Positions 11,901 through 22,412 of a stretch of 64,000 bases of DNA are shown piece by piece (within the stretch, counting starts at the first letter, position 1; every line of letters starts with the position of its first letter). The DNA comes from Eledone cirrhosa (taxonomy: Eukaryota). A program made the translations under genes and the position numbers. Under the pieces are notes generated by a model. That model did no database searches and had not been told where the DNA came from. It was given only the letters and a program-made list of their open reading frames with translations. The DNA lies in NCBI GenBank assembly GCA_964016885.1, contig OZ024748.1, positions 59,024,001 through 59,088,000 of the forward strand. Reading direction: 5' to 3'.

Positions 11901-12457
11901 TATCTATCGGCCAGGTCAAATCGACCGATTAACCCTTTGAGGCTATTACACCCCTCTCTATCGGGGCAGGCCCCTACGTAGTCCCAGCGTGCATCTAGGA
12001 TACCATTCCAGTCCCCCACTAATAGCAAGGTGCGGGACGTCCCTAGAAAAGTCTCCAGACGATGGAAGAAGTCCGGCCGCATTGACCCGAAAGGGCCGTA
12101 GGCGGCTACCAACCTAAACGCTCCACCTTTACCACTGCCAAGGTCCAGAACCACTAGTCGACCCTCCGGGTCCAAATGTACCATCTGTGTTGCGAGACCC
12201 AGATGTTTTTGCAGCAGAACGACAACTCCACCCCCGCCTCCGGGCTGACAGAGAGATGCGTGCATCTCAAAGTCATCAAAGGTGGGGGCCAGCTGTCGCA
12301 CGTTGCTGATCCGGGCCTCGCAAATAACCATCACATCTATACGTTGTGACCTGAGGTCATTTAGAAGCATTGCTTGCTTCCAAGTTGAGCCCAGGCCACG
12401 CGCATTTAAACAGCCTACTCTTAGCATAGCCATGTTGGTAGTGAAGAGAAAAGGCAC
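8996..12457 (-). CDS. LINE ORF2: APE endonuclease + reverse transcriptase + C-terminal Zn-binding domain (1153 aa; ATG likely at MAMLRVG)
   Basis: Motifs LNARGL, GDWN, SYLDRF, SDH, GPGYWKLN, KSPGLDG, FRPITLLN, DQSKAFDRV, RQGCPLS, YADD, CPRC..ETVAHALVHC. Confidence 0.93.
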   Translation of the reverse strand: MPFLFTTNMAMLRVGCLNARGLGSTWKQAMLLNDLRSQRIDVMVICEARISNVRQLAPTFDDFEMHASLCQPGGGGGVVVLLQKHLGLATQMVHLDPEGRLVVLDLGSGKGGAFRLVAAYGPFGSMRPDFFHRLETFLGTSRTLLLVGDWNGILDARWDYVGACPDREGCNSLKGLIGRFDLADRYRLDFPTAPTWTWANRSGSSRSYLDRFLVRIKDKDFLSCPKMRMVGYSDHKLVTCMVNLDRTHRQGPGYWKLNLSLPASRAYRNRISTLVKERLTGAIVNSRWWVSLKREIRVVSIEFSKVLAADRNRKERELIDRVEEAIRSGDVARVLASRTALSQFFDAKHEGCVVRSKIRALGNEGAKAVSWARVTEANSGTKSTIRSLRDLDGRAILEPKQMCEAFQRHFARLFGRGGEPVGNVDFGPYFDGLPRLSDREAKSCEEPISAAEIEDVLSQCGKRKSPGLDGLPYELYLAMPDLFPDLLEAVYCNWQQNGRIPCTVTKGVVTLVRKDENKGDEISNFRPITLLNTELQILAKVLAKRLALVVGNLVGDAQTCAIPSRSIHDNLHLMRYIIERVGNEPGFGGALINLDQSKAFDRVDHGYLDAVLAAAGFGPVFRGWITAMHSSRICSRVKVNGYLSEPFKIARSIRQGCPLSSLLYVLTLEPLLRKLELLQGIPLEPGLRKAVSAYADDVTVMVSKASEIEAVGTLLEEYEKFTGAKLNRDKSIGLQLGTWRGRPMPSDGVVGRWTEGPVKLLGVWFGPDLQVEKNWAEVTNRVFALTQKWASCKLSLKGRAEVANTYIASVIYYRLTVVPCPRETLTKMERALFQFLWKRRAPMVRRSICCQHPSKGGLGMPWLMMRKHALRLRHLYVFLTGQPVWASFVRRTFPRLVSLTELQSWVKQRPRKLGAWHTECAQALTALWQADPVISGDSTATFYRGLVRSRCDDALGEALDMEEDELASLFGRTFSPGPMDNFQKSLAWQCYRGALPVRERLYRHGRPGRDPAKKICPRCVCDEETVAHALVHCSGVADLWGYVEQLLSRVGPIRLTTESIVMIKPPPPFKDEAEAVFLCVIAMAKEVVWWTRLKGLRSGTFLSGQQLVRFFRYHFGRRIRMEREVLHPSRFYERWVKVARMARVNGPSLYISL

Positions 12458-12694
12458 TTACCTCTCTGCGTCCCGGGTATCGGGCTGCACAATTTCCATT
12501 AGGGTGGGGGATGGGTTGTTGGGTGGGGTGGTGGTTTGTGGAAGTGTGGGGGCATCAGTGTGATGTGTGGTTGGGGAGCTTGGAGTTGTGTGGGTGTTTG
12601 GGGAGGGGGTGGGATAGTTTTTTAGGAGGACGCGGTTAATGGGCCCGACGCAGGGGGGACCCACGTCCTCTTTAAAATTGTTTTTTAAAGTTTT
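12458..12694 (-). pseudogene. Probable C-terminal remnant of Tx1 ORF1 (Pro/Thr-rich)
   Basis: Open frame ending at a stop immediately before ORF2; truncated by (CTAT)n. Confidence 0.45.
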
Positions 12695-12730
<36 letters not shown>

Positions 12731-12990
12731 GAACAGATTAAAGCTTTACCAAATAATTCTTTAATCTGTTCTCATATAATCTGTTCTCATATAATATATA
12801 TATATACAGAAGGCGTGTGGCTGAGTAGTTAGAGATTGTGAGTTCGTTAAGTCCTTGGGCAAGACACTCCGCATACCTGGATTTGCGACTTATAGATAGT
12901 ATTAGCAATTGGAAAGACCTTTGGAAACATTGTTTCCTCGGTCCAATTTGACGAAATTCGATCGACTTTTATATATATATATATATATAT

Positions 12991-13125
12991 AGTAATAATA
13001 AATTTGAAGACTAAAATCCAATGAGGGCTCGATAAGGATAAATATATATCAGATATATCAGATTCCGTTAAAGGTGAAAGCAGCGATTCTTTGCTTAAAC
13101 TTTAATCTGTTATTTTAATAAATAA

Positions 13126-13157
<32 letters not shown>

Positions 13158-13160
13158 CCT
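12991..13160 (+). mobile_element. Very short family C insertion: inverted tail + 5'-truncated pseudo-LTR
   Basis: AGTAATAATAAAT..GAGGGCTCGATAAGGAT joined to AGATTCCGTTAAAGGTGAAAGCAGCG... Confidence 0.6.
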
Positions 13161-13562
13161 CAAAAAAATGAAAGGTGAAGTTGATCTCGGCGGGATTTAA
13201 ACTCCGAGAGCAGAGAGCGGAAAGAAATACCATAAAGCATTCTATCCGACGTTCTAACGATTTGGCCAATTCACCGCCTATACATGCAAATACCGCAATG
13301 CTCTCTCCGATACATTAACCAACTTGCCAACCGACCCTCCAAATACATATAAAGTTCTATAATGTACTTATTCCTTTACTCGGAAACAGATTTACGGAAA
13401 GGCAGTTCAGAATAACATCGGAATGTACTTTTATCTACTTATAGATTCTTCCTCTCTCACTTTTACCGCGAATTGCATACACCTGTATATACACGTGTGC
13501 ATATACAGACGTAAATATAAATATATATATATATATATATATTTATTAAAATAACAGATAAA

Positions 13563-13613
13563 AGTTTAAGCAAAGAATCGCTGCTTTCACCCTTAACGGG
13601 ATCTTCTGAAACT
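13563..13613 (-). ncRNA. Hammerhead-like fold with variant core CAGAAGA
   Basis: AGUUU-CAGAAGA-UCCC-GUUAA-GGGU-GAA-AGCA...UGCU-U-AAACU; second copy at 6622-6672 (+). Confidence 0.5.
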
Positions 13614-14127
13614 AACAAAGTCAAACTGTGAACGCAGAAGTGAATATTTAAAAAAACGTTGCAACCGGAAGAAGACAGGAAGACGATACTTTGGTTGGTG
13701 GAAACGTTCCCTGGCAAAGAACGGGAAAAAATGAATATAATACGTCATTATTTGGAGCGGTGAAAAACAATTACACGTAAAGACAAAACCACGCTTATGG
13801 TATAAAAGAAGTCGTAGACTAATATTCTATTAGGTGGTTCATAGAGACTTTCTCTGGCAATGAACGGTAAAAACTAAGATAATGGGTCATATGTGGAGCG
13901 TGGAGAATAATTGCACGCAAAGACAAAGCCACGTAAATGGTATAACTGAAGTCGTAGACTAAAATTGTAACTCGGAAACCGAATGATTCTCGGCTTCAGA
14001 GTTAAGAATAAAATAAATAAAATACATAGGTAATTGAAATTAAATAAATACATACACGCATCCATATACGTAGCATACATAGGTATACAAGCATACATAG
14101 GTATACAAATACACGCACATATAAATA

Positions 14128-14158
<31 letters not shown>

Positions 14159-14543
14159 ATACAAATAATTAAATAAACGTATATAAATAAATAAATACGT
14201 ATATAACAAGCGCACACACGTACCTAGATGTAAATACACATATGTTCGGAGACGACGTCAACCAAAACACGAAGTACACATAAACACACACCCTACATAC
14301 GTACGAACCCGCATACTCACACAGACTCAAAACTCACGTATACACATAACCAAAAGCATATGTACCAGAATATATAGAATATACGCCATAACATATACAA
14401 TCAGATATACGTAAGAGAAAGTATACGTACCTTCACAAAACATACAGGTAATATATACTTATCTATGCAAATAAGTAATGGTATAAACATAACATATACT
14501 TAGCTACCACATCAAGACGTAAAATATCCGCGTATAGATCGTA

Positions 14544-15460
14544 CTATCCGTTAGGGTATAATGTGGGGCTGTAATACAGGAAAGTTTTGTGCAATTTATG
14601 TTTACAGATTTTTTTGTAGTCTGTGGCGTTGAGTATTTCCAGGGCCTCAGCGGCGCAGAGGATACATGGTCTTTTATTTCCGTTATACGATCTAGCCCTA
14701 GCTAGGATCTCCCAGTGTAACTTATATTGGGTGTGGTTGTCTTTTAGACTCCAGATATAAGCTGAAAGTGACGTCATATTCCTTCTTAGAGGGTAACGAA
14801 AAGAATGGGTATGCATGTAAAGACGCTGCTTGAATCTATTGGCGGTTAACCCTATGTAGGCCCTACAGGACGTGGGTGTTTCAACCTTACATTTGTAGAC
14901 AATTTTACTAGAGAGGCATTTCCCGGATAGGGGGCAATCAACCCGATTCCTACAATTACAGTTAGTACTAACTACAGGGTTGCACGTGTTCCTACGGCTA
15001 GGTAGTTTAGCTAAATTTGAATTGTGATGTTATGTGCAAGGTTAGGAGTCGTAGAGTAAGAAATTTTAATAGTATTTCTATAAAAAATATTACTATATTT
15101 ATGTGTAGGGGGAAAATGCTTCGTAATAAGGGATAGAAAGATCTTAGCTAATGGTGTGGCCACCTCCATATTATATGGTGGTTTATACCATATAATGCAT
15201 CGGGATCTATTTCTTCTAGGTCTATTCTCGTACACTGTATATGCTACCTTATCGACAAATTCATTCCGAGCAAGAGCTTCATTGTAATATGTGGAATGGT
15301 CGTTGAAAATATGCTCGTTAGTAGATAGACGGGTAGCCTCAAAGAAACGTTTCTCACCAGGTTCTTGGTTATGCTGGCAGGATGGTTGGATTGCTTACTT
15401 ATGTAATTAAGCGTATCATTCGGCTTTCTATACGGGTAATACAATCCATTGGATAAATTG
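14544..15460 (-). pseudogene. PLE ORF C-terminus (RT thumb, linker, GIY-YIG endonuclease), frameshifted
   Basis: YRKPNDTLNYISKQSNHP; IIWYKPPY..KHFP..KISYS; hand translation gives CNCRNRVDCPLSGKCL..IVYKC..YIGLTANRFKQR..H..SF..LSAYIWSLK..CILC..E. Confidence 0.85.
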
Positions 15461-15582
15461 AATCCTTATCGAGCCCTCTTTGGATTTTAGTCTTCACATT
15501 TATTATTATTACTATATATATATATATATATGTAAGCGTATACATATATATATTCATTTATATATATATATAAATATTCATG

Positions 15583-15623
<41 letters not shown>

Positions 15624-15814
15624 TTATATATATATACATTTATATAGTTACATGTTTATGTAAAGATATAGCTCACTATTAACTTTATACAATTAACCAG
15701 GCGGATGTGATTACACGAATTATATTCGCTTTATGCATTTACACACAGACACACACCCACACACGCTCTCTCACACACACATACATATATATGTATGTGT
15801 GTGTATATATATAA

Positions 15815-15852
<38 letters not shown>

Positions 15853-16005
15853 GAATATACGTGTGCATTTACGTCTGTATATATACAGGTGTATGCAATT
15901 CGCGGTAAAAGCGAGAGAAAGAATCTATAAGTAGATAAAAGTACATTCCGATGTTACTCTGAACTGCCTTTCCGTAAATCTGTGTTTCCGAGTAAAGGAA
16001 TAAAT

Positions 16006-16522
16006 AAGGTTTCTTGGTGAGGAGGGTGACTTTGGGCATCCTGCAGGACTAAAAACAAAACCTGTTAAAGGGCAAAGGAGCTCTTAAGAGTCAATGGCCA
16101 TCCAAAATCACCGGGAGAGATGACCCCTTAGCCTTTGTCAAGGCAGAATTCTAGGAGAAGGAAAACTCTGATATAACACCTGCAACTCTGATGGTATCCA
16201 ATGATGTTGACTTGTTCTTCTTTTTGGTAAATATCATCTTGGTTAAGAGAGTGGGACTGGCTTTGTGCAGTGCCTTTGCTCACTATAAAAGTTTCACGGC
16301 ACAGGCATTGCTTTATATCTGGAGATCTCTCTGCACTTGTCGTCACATGGTACCATGGGCCCAGCACTATGTGTCAATAATTGTTACAAGTGTAGTGTTT
16401 GTACCAGAGTTTTCAAGTCGCTGGCTGGACTAAAAAGTCACACTCGTTCAGCGCATCGGTAGGGATGCTCCTACATGGATATAAAGTAGTGGCCGTACTC
16501 GAAAACGAGTTGGCAGCCACCA
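16006..16522 (+). mobile_element. Bipartite non-autonomous RTE-derived element (5'-truncated copy)
   Basis: Near-identical to 34892-35408; RTE-like 5' motif TAGGAGAAGGAAAACTCTG; 3' C2H2 remnant [24 protein letters not shown]. Confidence 0.7.
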
Positions 16523-16666
16523 ACATATATATATAATAAATGTAATCTGAGTTTTTCAAATATTAATAACATTCGATTCGTTTGCAATTATGCAAATAAG
16601 CCCTAATTTTATAGCCATGTCAGTAGAATGAACTCTTCATCTTGCTTTTGTGTTGGCATGCGAACA

Positions 16667-16716
16667 GAACTGCGGACACTAATGTTTCTGGGTATCACCC
16701 TTCATCAGTACAGCTC
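16667..16716 (-). ncRNA. Type I hammerhead ribozyme
   Basis: GAGCUGUA-CUGAUGA-A-GGGU-GAU-ACCC-A-GAAA-CAUUAGUG-UC-CGCAGUUC; quasi-palindromic stem III, GUC site. Confidence 0.7.
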
Positions 16717-16883
16717 ACTGTTCACCCGCCAAACTGTCAGAGCTAGTGAAAATATATGATATTTTCAAATATATACAGTGACTGATCGGCCTGATTTGTA
16801 TATTAGCAGACTGACCAGTCAGTTTCCTGTATACGAGCGATAAATATATAAATATATATATATATATTCATTTATATATATAT

Positions 16884-17071
16884 AAACGGAAAAAATGAAA
16901 CGAAATTTCATTTCTCACTCTTTTGTTTACTCGTTTGTTTACAAACACACCGAGCATTATAATAAATGTTCGGTGAATCCATACGTACATATATATTATG
17001 TATATATATATATATACAGACTACTGTACGTCTGTATACATATATGTATGTACGTATACATACTTATATTT
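16884..17071 (+). mobile_element. Family A pseudo-LTR, 5'-truncated and capped by its own inverted 3' tail
   Basis: 16884-16920 matches 1230-1266 directly, whereas ~16936-17071 matches ~1283-1427 in reverse complement. Confidence 0.7.
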
Positions 17072-17084
17072 ATATATATATATT

Positions 17085-17121
<37 letters not shown>

Positions 17122-17159
17122 ATATATATTCATTTATATATATATATATATATATATTC

Positions 17160-17190
<31 letters not shown>

Positions 17191-17475
17191 CATTTATATA
17201 TATATATATATATTCATTTATATATATATATATATATTCATTTATATATATATATATTCATTTATATATATATATATTCATTTATATATATATATATATT
17301 CATTTATATATATATATATATTCATTTATATATATATATATATATATATTCATTTATATATATATATATATTCATTTATATATATATATATATTCATTTA
17401 TATATATATATATATTCATTTATATATATATTGATATAGTCATTTATATATATATATATTCATTTATATATATAC
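17072..17475. repeat. (TA)n-TTCATT minisatellite
   Basis: Repeated TTCATT spaced by TA runs. Confidence 0.9.
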
Positions 17476-17989
17476 ACACACATATATGTGTGTGTGTGAG
17501 AGAGAGAGTGTGTGTGGGTGTGTGTATGTGTGTAAATGCATAAAGCGAATATAATCCTTGTACTAACATCCGCCTCGTTAATTCTATAAACTAAATAGTG
17601 AGCTATATATTTACATAAACATGTAACTATATAAATAGTAATAGCGGACAATGAACTTTATACTTTATGCAGTATAGTACAGTTTTCATATTTTGGCACA
17701 CGTGTATCCGCTACTCTAGATTTCCTCTGTGTTATCACTTTCAAAATAAAAACTAAAATATTATTAGATAAATTATAGCCCTTCAAAATGTATTGTAAAC
17801 AACTTTTTGTTTCTCATTGTTAAAAATAACATCTTTTATTCTACAGAATGTAAAATATGAAAAAAGATATTTTGTGGGAAAAAAGTAAAATATAAAATAT
17901 TTCTTTTTTTGTTTTGTTTCTTTTTAATATATTTTATTTATCGTTGAGATGAGGGTACTTTTGTTTAATTTTGTTTTGATTTCGAATCG

Positions 17990-18240
17990 ATCGATAAAAT
18001 CCCAGATTCCATTCGCTTACCGAATGGAATGAAATCCGACAAATCTGACCAAGGAAATAATGTTTCTTTGGTCTTCTCATTGCTTGATACTATCTACCAG
18101 TTGTAACTTCTGGGAGAAAGCAACATGAAAGATAATGCCTTGCTCTAGTGCATAACGCAAGGCCCCACCCGGGAATCAAACTCACAATCTCACGATTGTG
18201 AATCAAATTCTCTAACCACTAAGCCTCCTTGCCTTCCCAT
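17990..18240 (-). mobile_element. Degenerate tRNA-headed SINE (second family)
   Basis: Minus-strand GGCTTAGTGGTTAGAG...GTGAGTTTGATTCCCGG (A/B-box like); related fragment at 12810-12966 (+). Confidence 0.5.
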
Positions 18241-19072
18241 AAGTAAACCGAATGTATGTTAATCGTATTAACCAAATCCTTTCAGACGTTTACACATTTG
18301 ACTTTTTCTGTAATTTGCTAACTGTCAGTCACCCTATCTAAATAGACTCACTTCTGTCTAAGAGAATACTATATTATATTCCAGTTCGGTTGTCCTCGTT
18401 TTCCTATAAATATGCTTTCTCTGAAGGTTACCATCATTGACGGCCGAGATTGGAATTTGCATTGCATAATATGTTTATGCTATGATGGTTTTAATGCTGA
18501 TTCAACATTCTTATCTGATATGCATGCATTCATGATGACATAACTCATAAGGGAGTCGTAGGGTGCCGTATTGACATACGGCGTTTCTATGGCAGTTTTT
18601 CTTTCTTTTTCAACATGGCGGAGCCCATCACTTCTCCAGGTCTGATTACAGCAGATTTCTTCCAGAGAAGGATAGATAGATTGATAGAGATAGAGAGAGC
18701 ATGGAAGTGAGAAAGGGATACAGAGGAAGTACCAGCCTACCATTCCCAGTACTTGACTGGTACTTGTTTATCGGATGTATGAATGGCAAAGTTTATCTCG
18801 ATGGGATTTGAACTGAAAGAACTGAGTGCCGAAACTAATACCGCAAGGTATTCTATCCGTCGTTCTAAAGGTTCTGACAATTCGCCGCCTCAAATGTTTA
18901 TTACATGATATATAAAATCTAAAAGTTAAAAAAGAAAAACGTCAGATTTGACCAGTGGCTGATCTACTTCTGAAAATAATAAATTTTGCGATTCCGAACC
19001 TCTAATCCCGAGGAGGACCCAGAAGTAACGTTAAAAAAACAATAAGTACCTTATTGCCGCTGGTTGTGAAAT

Positions 19073-19185
19073 GTTCCCCATAACGATACGAGAGTCAAGG
19101 TCCCCCATAACGATAGGAGAGTCAATGTCCCCATAACGATTCGAGGGCCAAGGTCCCCCATAACGATGCGAAAATCAAGATCCCT
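19073..19185. repeat. 26-27-bp minisatellite x4
   Basis: Unit ~GTCCCCCATAACGATACGAGAGTCAAG. Confidence 0.85.
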
Positions 19186-19929
19186 AATCCAGTTGAGGTC
19201 ACCGATGCAACGTTTTTTTAGTGAATATTCATTTGTTTCTTGTTATGAGGGGTTCCTATAGCAGTTCAAGCTTTGTATGAGTGTATGAATCCGTAATTTC
19301 TGAGGGAGTTGTAGTAGGGTCATAATGACATACACTGTTTCTAGGTTATTTAAAAAACCTGACTGAGCTCATCTCTTCTCCAGGTCTGAATTCAACAGAT
19401 TTCTTCCAGAGAATAGAAGTGAGAAAGAGACATAGAGGAAACATCGGCTCCAGTAATACTCTGGTACCTTTGTATTGACCTTAAATGTATGAAAGGCACT
19501 GTTGACCTCAGCAGAATTTAGACTGAAGGAGAGAGAGGGTGGTGGGGAAGATCGTCTCCAGTAATAATCTGGTACCTTTGATCGACCTTAAATGTATGAA
19601 AGGCACTGTTGATATCGAGTTCAACCTTTAGTCTCAACGATGTAAGGCCGCTACTGGATTTGCGAGTAAATAAGGCAGAGGTACCTTGAAAGTACCCTTG
19701 TGTCTTTGTCAGTCATATATATTCGGATTGAGAGTTTAATCTTGAAAATAGATTTCTTTTACTCTTTAGTAGGGGAGGTGGGGGCCTGTGACCAGAATCC
19801 TTTTCATGCCTTCCGTGACTGGTTAGGGGAAGGGCACATGAAATCTACGCCAATGTGGAAACCATTGTGTGTATGTATGTATATGTGTGTGTGTATCTAT
19901 TCAGGTATGTACGCATGCAAGTGTATGTA

Positions 19930-20258
19930 TTTTGCGAGGGATTCCATAGCTATCGAAGATGCAACTCATCGTACCTGTCAAGCATCTGGAAAAGAGTGTA
20001 GATCAGCAGGAGGGATCAAATGACATGCAAAAGTACATGAAGACCAACCACAGCCGGCTATTACAAGTGAATATTTGTATCATGGCTGCCAACTTTGTGC
20101 AAGACATTTTAGATCATTGGCTGGGCTAAAAAGCCACATTCGATCGCATCACTGTTAATTATTATTATATATGTGTGTTCTTTTTTTTATTATCGTGCCA
20201 TGGCCATATTCAATAACGAGCGGGCAGCTATCATGCATGTATGTATGTATGCATGTAT
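19930..20258 (+). mobile_element. RTE-type LINE 3' end with two C2H2-like remnants
   Basis: TCQASGKECRSAGGIK*HAKVH and [23 protein letters not shown], then a 3' UTR and (ATGT)n tail. Confidence 0.6.
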
Positions 20259-20299
20259 GCCGAAATCTGGTAAAATTCACAATTCTACCTTCTAACAAT

Positions 20300-20880
20300 A
20301 TCCCAACCGAAGCAACATCACATACACCTAACAACCGAACCAACATCACATATATCTAACAACCTCCTACATACATATTTAAAGATGCGAGAAGGACTCC
20401 TCCTTGGTATTATGAAGCCACAAATTTAATTTGCCAAGTGAGAACATGTAATCAGGCCGCAACATATATTCAACCAACACATAACTGCCACCTCTTACAC
20501 AAACGATACAGGAGGATTTCAGCATCAACGAAACACCCCTTGAAATAATTCTACTAATTACAATTGACATCAGTAAAGATTTTGATACCATTCCTTCACA
20601 ACCCACTTATACATAAACTACTCATCACCTCATTCAAAGGTATAAAAGTACAAAGCATTGGATAGCAAATTATCTCTCTGGTTGTTAAGCCTACGTAGTG
20701 TAAATGTAATAACAACAACACATCTGGAATCAATAATTCCTTGAATGCAATGATCTGCTCTATTATATAACATTTAATTTATACTTTCACATTCCTTCCA
20801 TGCCGACACAAAGCATACACTTAGCTTCATACACAGATGACATCGAAATCAAGTCTACCCACCTACCATTCGCTATAAAT
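20300..20880 (+). pseudogene. Highly decayed non-LTR reverse transcriptase fragment
   Basis: Hand-translated TIDISKDFDTIP, WIANYLSG and SYTDDI, in correct RT order. Confidence 0.6.
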
Positions 20881-21090
20881 TGCTCTTAAACGTCTCCTAG
20901 TCTAGGTTAATAACCCTGAAACTTGATTTCAAAATAAGTTTTACAAAAGCTTCTACTAAATCTACCTTCTTTTTCTTTCTTTCAAGCAGTTTACTACCAT
21001 TTTTCACGCTAAAGATTAATATTTGAATAGAAAATTGAGGAAACTACCTCGTTTTTTACTGACACTCTTACGCACTCTCCCTCTAGATAT

Positions 21091-21512
21091 AATAATTGTT
21101 TCTACTTTTGGCACAAGGCCAGCAATTATCCCAAGGTATAACTGGTACTTTATTTTATCGACCCCGTAAGAATGAAAGGCAAAGTTAACCTCGGCGGGAT
21201 TTGAACTCAGTCCGTAAAGGGACGTAACGGTGCAGCAAAGCATGACGTCCGACCCTCTACTGATACTGCCAATCCACCTCTTGATATAATAATGGTTTCT
21301 TATATAGGCACAAGGCCTGCAATTTGGGGAGAGGGGGAAAGTCGATTAAATCGACCCCAGTGCGTGACTGGTACTTTATTATTTTATCCACCGCGCAAGG
21401 ATGAAAGGCAAAGTTAACCTCGGCGGGATTTGAACTCAGACCATAAAGGGCCGTAACTCTATGCGTCAGAGCATGGCGTCCGACCCTCTACCAATACTAC
21501 CAATCCACCGCC
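21091..21512 (-). mobile_element. Two tandem tRNA-derived SINEs (main family; Nin/Deu-like central domain)
   Basis: Sense consensus GGCGGTGGATTGGCAGTATCGGTAGAG..GAGTTCAAATCCCGCCGAGG..GCCTTTCATCCTTACGGGGTCGATAAAATAAAGTACCAG..GGCCTTGTGCCAAAAGTAGAAACAATTATT. Confidence 0.85.
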
Positions 21513-21735
21513 CTTCTAGATATAATAATGTTGTGAGTGAACCATTTATAACCACGGTATATAGTAAAGATATGTGGCGAATTGACAGTTATTAGAACGT
21601 CAGCTAAAGTACATCTTATTACCTGTGGAAAGAGCCAGGAGATAAGGTATAGCATTGGTTTCAGGTTTACAAAAAATTGACTGTAAATTACGTATCTTTG
21701 AGACATGGGTATTCTGAAATGTGGTGGTGGCGGCG

Positions 21736-22128
21736 GTCTTCGTCTTTTTCTTCATCTTCGTCTTTTCTTCTACTTCAGCTTCTTCGTCGTCGTCGTCGTC
21801 CTTTCTTCTTCGTCGTCGTCCTTTCTTCTTCTTCGTCGTCGCCGTCGTCCTTTCTTCTTCTTCGTCGCCGCCGCCGTCCTTTCTTCTTCGCCGTCGCCGC
21901 CGCCCTTTCTTCTTCGTCGTCGTCCTTTCTTCTTCGTCGTCGTATTTTCTTCTTCTTCTTCGTCGTCGTCCTTTCTTCTTCGTCGTCGTATTTTCTTCTT
22001 CGTCGTCGTATTTTCTTCTTCGTCGTCGTCTTTTCTTCTTCTTCTTCGTCGTCGTCCTTTCTTCTTCGTCGTCGTCCTTTCTTCTTCGTCGTCGTCCTTT
22101 CTTCTTCGTCGTCGTCTTTTCTTCTTCT
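21736..22128. repeat. (TTC)n(GTC)n compound array, ~22-bp higher-order unit
   Basis: Repeated CTTTCTTCTTCGTCGTCGTC. Confidence 0.92.
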
Positions 22129-22215
22129 TGAGAGAGTCGTGGGTGGAGAGTCCTCAACCACCCCACCCAGCAGGTCCTGTAAGAAGCAACAGTCTCCAAA
22201 TGATCCGCCTGATCG
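22129..22215 (-). mobile_element. RTE LINE extreme 3' end
   Basis: Homologous to 25446-25530. Confidence 0.55.
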
Positions 22216-22317
22216 ATTACGTTAATATCATATTACCATGATGTTTTACAACTTTGATTTCGGGGTATTTGTTTTACATCAAAGCACTAATATGTCAGTT
22301 TTGACTTCTACCTGATA

Positions 22318-22412
22318 CTGGTACCATGTACCCCAGTGCAACCTGCTTCATGGTTCGGTGGTCGGTGACTAAACTGGGTACCAAACCAAACCTTTGTTTA
22401 TGAGGAGGGTAA
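22318..22412 (+). mobile_element. Diverged 5' fragment of the bipartite RTE element
   Basis: Aligns by eye with 34822-34913. Confidence 0.5.

Larger units (their letters stand above)
8731..12694 (-). mobile_element. Tx1-clade (L1 group) non-LTR retrotransposon, 5'-truncated in ORF1
   Basis: GC-rich island with intact ORF2, a 3' UTR ending AATAAAAGAAACTT, flanked by ATAG-type repeats. Confidence 0.88.
13545..15512 (-). mobile_element. 5'-truncated Penelope-like element (family C)
   Basis: RT thumb + GIY-YIG remnants, ~1-kb 3' UTR, 50-bp cap at the 5' junction. Confidence 0.8.

Noticed and set aside
9313-12563. Plus-strand ORFs over the Tx1 element
   Set aside because: Antisense shadows of a GC-rich coding region
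19073-19185. CRISPR-like short repeats
   Set aside because: Contiguous 27-bp tandem units without unique spacers
21600-22241. Charged/SR-like protein ORFs
   Set aside because: Trinucleotide compound repeat
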